The position numbers and the translations under genes were made by a program. The notes under the pieces were generated by a model that did not search any database, had not been told where the DNA came from, and worked only from the letters and a program-made list of their open reading frames with translations. A stretch of DNA of 64,000 bases. Origin: the human T2T-CHM13v2.0 reference genome, Homo sapiens. Every line of letters begins with the position of its first letter. The stretch's first letter is position 1. Positions 59,211 to 64,000 of this stretch are shown piece after piece. The stretch lies in NCBI RefSeq assembly GCF_009914755.1, contig NC_060928.1. The stretch is one strand, 5' to 3'.

Positions 59211-59553
59211 CTACAGGTTACTTTTTTGATTGGAAATTATTAGAGCAGCTTTCTGAGTTAACATGGCTTAACATAATGGCCAGCTGGTAGCATGTTATCA
59301 ACCTGTATTATATCCCATTTGTTTATAAATTTATACATGTACTTCAGAATATGTAATAAATGCTTTATAAATATTTCAAATGCAAAACAATTTAAAAATA
59401 TACGTGAAGAATAAATTTCAAGAAGACATTTCAGAACACACACACAAAAGGTAATAAAATAAAAATGAAATAGAAACAATCATAACCTGATTTTAAGGAT
59501 GTTTCAATGAAGTGTCCTTGATAGCCCTGAATTGTAGAATAATTCTGAATTAA

Positions 59554-59843
59554 GGCCAAGCACGGTGGCTCACGCCTATAACCCCAGCACTTTGGGAGGC
59601 CAAGGTAGGCAGATCACTTGAGGTCGGGAGTTCAAGATCAACCTGGCCAATATGGTGAAACTCTGAATCTACTAAAAATACAAAAATTAGCCGGGTGTGG
59701 TGACATGTACCTGTAGTCCAGGCAGGAGAATTGCTTGAACCCAGGAGGCAGAGGTTGCAGTGAGCAGAGATTGTGCCACCGCACTCCAGTCTGAGCAACA
59801 GAGCGTGATTCCGTCTCAATAAATAAATAAATAAATAAATAAA
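59554..59843 (+). mobile_element. AluSx-like with ~20-bp right-arm deletion
   Basis: ctgtagtcc joined directly to aggcaggagaa; (TAAA)n tail; TSD about AATA(A)TTCTGAATTAA. Confidence 0.93.
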
Positions 59844-60187
59844 TATTCTGAATTAAACACAATTTTCCACCTGAAATAGAGAATTCAAAATCAGCCTATA
59901 TCTGACAATTCTGCATTCATAGCAGGACATCCTTAGTCCTGCAGAATTAACCTGGACAAATCCTGGTGGACACCAAAAATGAAGCATAGACAGATGTAGT
60001 GCTCTAAACTTGAGGTTGTGATAGGAGGTACTATGTCTAGCAGGACTTATGTGAACCATGTGTGCAGCACAGGACACAGGCTAATGCCAATTCTGAGTAA
60101 CTCACTCCTTTTCCAGGAATGAGTGCAGAGGAAAATAAACGGACTTGTCAGACTTTGCCATCTATTATGGAAAAACAAGAGTAGTAT

Positions 60188-60635
60188 TGTTACCGAAACA
60201 CGAGGGATTCAGTCTAGGGCCTGCTGCTTGCTTCACAGAAAGCCAGTGACTGAGGTAATGAGTACTGGCAAGGAAGAAGGCTTTAATTGGGCGCTGCAGC
60301 CGAGAAGGTGGGAGCTCAGCCTCAAATCCATCTCCAAGACCAAGTAAAACTGCAGGCTTATATAGCAGGGAAGATGTGTAAGAAATGTATAAGAAAACAG
60401 CAACTGGGGAGGGGCAAGGAAGCCATTATGAGGAATGAGAGGCCTGGCATCTCATCGTCTGGATGTAGTGATCTGGTGAGTTTCAGTTCTTTGATATTTT
60501 TTGAGAAGCCTGAAGCTGGTTGCCTGAGGAAGGAACTCAGATAAAACAAATATAAGTTTCGAGCTTTAAGACCAGAGGGTCAATTTCTATGTTTATCCAG
60601 AAGAACTTATCTATGGGACTACTGAGTTGGTTTCA
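60188..60635 (-). mobile_element. LOR1 (a/b) ERV1 solo LTR
   Basis: TG..CA ends, TSD GTAT; minus strand starts tgaaaccaactcagtagtcccatagat..ggataaacatagaaattgaccc. Confidence 0.85.
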
Positions 60636-60685
60636 GTATTATCTTTAAGATTTAGAAAAATGACTATATCTAGAATATATTTACT

Positions 60686-60820
60686 AGGAGAAGAAGTAAA
60701 AGAAGAAGAGGAAGTGGGTGTAAAGGAGGACAAGGAAAGAATGAGAAGGGGAGAATAGGAAGAGGGGGAAGGGAGAAGGGAGAAGGAGGGGGAGCGGAGG
60801 GGAAGGAAGAAGGAGAAAGG
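60686..60820. repeat. GA-rich polypurine low-complexity tract
   Basis: Almost pure A/G for about 130 bp. Confidence 0.85.
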
Positions 60821-61095
60821 TTCAGAAATTACCTGCTGTGAATTCCACAAGCTATAAAAAGAAACATCAAGAGAAACATAAGAACATCTGAGATATAACA
60901 GTGATTGTTTGACTTGCCAGTTAAAAATAGAAGGCACCACAGGGGAGAAAAAAAAAGGAAAGTTAAAAATAATAAAAGAACTATTGCACATAGCGAAATA
61001 ACAGAACTGATTATGAAAACATTTAGTGGCTTACCAATTCACTCAGGGTAAATGTCAAGATATGTGCTATGCCTTTTTTTTCAGAGTATTTGTAC

Positions 61096-61580
61096 TATTT
61101 TATTTTATTTATTTTATTTTTTTATTATACTTAAGTTCTAGGGTACATGGGCACAACATGCAAGTTTGACACATAGGTATACATGTGCCATATTGGTTTG
61201 CTGCACCCATCAACTCATCATTTACATTAGTTATTTCTCCTAATGCTCTCCCTCCCCTAGCCCTCCACCCTCTAACAGGCCCCAGTGTGTGATGTTCCTC
61301 TCCCTGTGTCCATGTGTTTTCATTGTTCAGTTCCCACCTATGAGTGAGAACATGCAGTGTTTGGTTTTCTGTCTTTGTGATAGTTTGCTGAGAATGATGG
61401 TTTCCAGCTTCATCCATGTCCCTGCAAAGGACATGAGCTCATCCTTTTTTATGGCTGCATAGTATTCCATGCTGTATATGTGCCACATTTTCTTTATCCA
61501 GTCTATCATTGATGGACATTTGGGTTAGTTCCAAGTCTTTGCTATTGTGAATAGTGCTGCAATAAATATACGTGTATATG
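61096..61580 (-). mobile_element. 5'-truncated L1PA (L1PA6-like) 3' end
   Basis: Minus ORF MIDWIKKMWHIY...HCMFSLIGGN, 3'UTR and A-rich tail; TSD at 61060-61076 and 61576-61592. Confidence 0.92.
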
Positions 61581-61609
61581 CACTATGTCTTTAATGAAGA
61601 TTTTCTCCC

Positions 61610-62032
61610 TTATTACCTCTCTGATCTCATAATCTATTTTTTACAGTTTGCTAAGTAGCTCTTGCCTCAGGGCCTTTGCACATGCCCTTCACTCTGCCTC
61701 AACTGCTGTTTTTGCCAAAATATCTGGCTGCTGCTTTCCTTGCACTTTCCAATCTTTACTCAGAAGCTTTTCTTAATGAAGTGCTTCTTTGTCATCTTTT
61801 CTAAAAGTAACAGGCATCCTGTACTCACACCAGCACTTTAAATCCCCTTCTTATATTTTTCTTTCAGTGGTTGCTAATATACATTACCTTTTATATATAC
61901 TTATATTTTTTATTGTCTGACTCACCTACTGGGCCACAATCTCGATGACAGTGATCTTTATCTTCAGTCTCTGGAGGAATACCTGGCACACATAGGTCCT
62001 CATTAAATAATTATTAATGAATAAGTCAATGA
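61610..62032 (+). mobile_element. L2 (L2a-like) 3' end
   Basis: cttgcctcagggcctttgcacatgc...acctggcacacataggtcctcattaaata..tgaataa. Confidence 0.8.
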
Positions 62033-63224
62033 TAATATAAGGTACCTCAACATAAATACCAAGAACTAGGGTCAATTAATTCACTCAGTGTAGGGTTTCT
62101 AAATTCAAATTTTCCCTTTAACCAACATTCCTTTTTGTTGAAACACATCTTATTTTTTAAAGGATTACTGAGCTATGTTTCTTATCCAAGATAGTGCCAT
62201 CCAGCTGGCATCCAGCTGCTCTTGTTAGAAGTGGTTTGGTAGTAATTCTAAGCAACAAAATTCCTGGGCTCTGATTACCTTCCCCTCACTTTTAAAACAG
62301 TTCCAGAATCATTGAGAGATCTGTGCACACTCAAAAAGCTTTGAGGATCCAAATTCAAACCAGGTTCTATGTCTACCATTAAAAGCCCTAAGAATATGTC
62401 CTAATTTTCTAATGACATTTTATATTTTAAGACATCAAAAGCTTGGATTTATGGGCCGTATACTAACAATGTTTAGTAGCCAACTATAAAGCAGTTAACT
62501 ACATTTGGAATGCATCTTTTCTTCTCTTTTTTATTTTCCTCCCTCAAAACAACTCTGTCAGCTTCCTTTATAAAACAGTGTCATAATGCATAAAAATCTA
62601 GTGTTTGGCCTAGAGTTGCATGTCCACATTCCAGGGGAAAGAAAGTCAAAGAAAAAGACTGCCTATCAGCCACGATTACTATTTATAAAAACCATTGTTC
62701 TCTTTCAGATAACAGAAATGTATAAGTAGGTAAAAAATTTCTTAAACCAAAGTGTTTACAAAATAATAAAAATAGGTATTATAGTTCAAAAATTTCATTT
62801 AAATATCCAGTTATCTAATTATATGAATTTTTCACAAGTCACTTTAAGAGCATCATTTGAGTAACTAGCCTCCACTGTTTTATTCCTTAGAATAAGGTTA
62901 ATTGCTTCTCAGAGAACATAATCTTATAATAATAAATTGCAACTCACCATAGTGTTTCTTCTTTCTCGCTCACCCTCTCACACACACAGACTCACAAATG
63001 CAAGAATGAGACACTAGAATAAGTTCTATAGTGTTTTCTTAGTGTAAGCCTCAAAACTTACTGTTAAGCAAACATAAAACTATGGTATGTGTCCTTCTGT
63101 ATTATATCTCCTAGGAATTATCTAGTGCAAAATTGTTGCTCCTGGTATCTAAGTATCAATTAGAACAGAATCATTTTCAAGTACCATAAAGACCTCACAT
63201 AACATAGCTTAAACAATACAGAGA

Positions 63225-63940
63225 ATGTGTTGCCTCAGGAAACAAGACAACACTAGAGGTAGCAGGCAGCTTTGTGTATGGATCAACTTGGTCTCCAGCA
63301 GCTGAGTTTCTCTGCTATTTTCTTGTCTGATGCACTTTGTTCCAACGGCGTCTTTTCAGGATGCTTTCCCTAGTGGTGATAAAAGGCTGCAGGGGTTTCA
63401 AGCCTTATCCCCTATATTAGTCCATTTTTACACTGCTATAAAAGTACTCCCTGAGGCTGAGTAATTTATAAACAAAAAGGTTTAATTAACTCACAGTTCT
63501 GCACGGCTGGGGAGGCCTCAGGGAAGTTACAGTCATCGTGGAAGGTGAAGGCGAAGGGAAAGCAAGGCACGTCTTCACAAGGCAGCAGGGGAGAGAGAGA
63601 GAAAGAGAGAGCGAGGGGGGAGCTGACAAACACTTTTAAACCATCAGATCTCATGACAACTCACTCACTATCATGAGAACAACATGGGGAAACTGCCCCC
63701 ATGATCCAATCACCTCCCACCAGGTCTCTACCTCCACATGTGGGGATTTTAACTTGAGATGGGATTTGGTTGAGGACACAGAGCCAAACCATACCACCCT
63801 TGCACACCGCAGAATTTAGAACAGAAAGTTTCCTTTCCCTTAACCATCAAAGAAAAATCCTCTGTCTTACTCTGATTGGACCATCTGGTTCACATGCCCA
63901 TTCTGGAATCAGTTATTGATCAACAGATCAGGCTATTAGG
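63225..63940 (-). mobile_element. Old MLT1 LTR interrupted by THE1
   Basis: caggatgctttccctagtggtgataaaaggctgc; ctctgattggacc..ggttcacatgcccattctggaatcagt. Confidence 0.55.
63413..63796 (-). mobile_element. THE1 (THE1D-like) MaLR solo LTR
   Basis: tatattagtccatttttacactgctataaa...actcacagttctgcacggctggggaggcctcag...gacacagagccaaaccatacca. Confidence 0.88.
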
Positions 63941-64000
63941 GGTCCAAATGACTGTTACTAAAAGGGAAGGGGTGCAAGAAATGCGAGTTTCTTAATGACT

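Noticed and set aside
60826-60975. Minus-strand polypyrimidine tracts with AG and a CAG|GTAATT donor (19-nt microexon)
   Set aside because: The pyrimidine richness comes from the adjacent low-complexity purine strand; the length is not frame-preserving and no partner exons were found.

Overview
Primate (human-like) non-coding genomic DNA dominated by interspersed repeats. It holds about 27 Alu copies or fragments, one full-length decayed L1PA7-like LINE-1 (11.3-18.0 kb, +), older L1M/L2/L3/MIR remnants, about 17 ERV1/ERVL/MaLR solo LTRs and one MADE1 mariner MITE. No intact protein-coding gene is supported; the ORF track is explained by Alu, L1, tandem repeats or chance. Two retrocopies of host genes are present: a heavily decayed intronless HSPA8 (Hsc70) processed pseudogene (~52.77-54.9 kb, +) and a polyadenylated U7 snRNA pseudogene (~55.79-55.85 kb, -). 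I do not see a convincing new biological system. The most notable signals are repair and retrotransposition scars: a 111-bp locally templated copy inserted into the HSP70 pseudogene, a 110-bp triplication in L1 ORF2, an inverted-plus-direct templated copy near 30.3 kb, a short 3' transduction-like tag on an L1, and a stack of same-strand ERV1 LTRs. A few candidate orphan exons and enhancers are also noted. Repeat subfamily names come from recalled consensus sequences and need RepeatMasker/Dfam confirmation.
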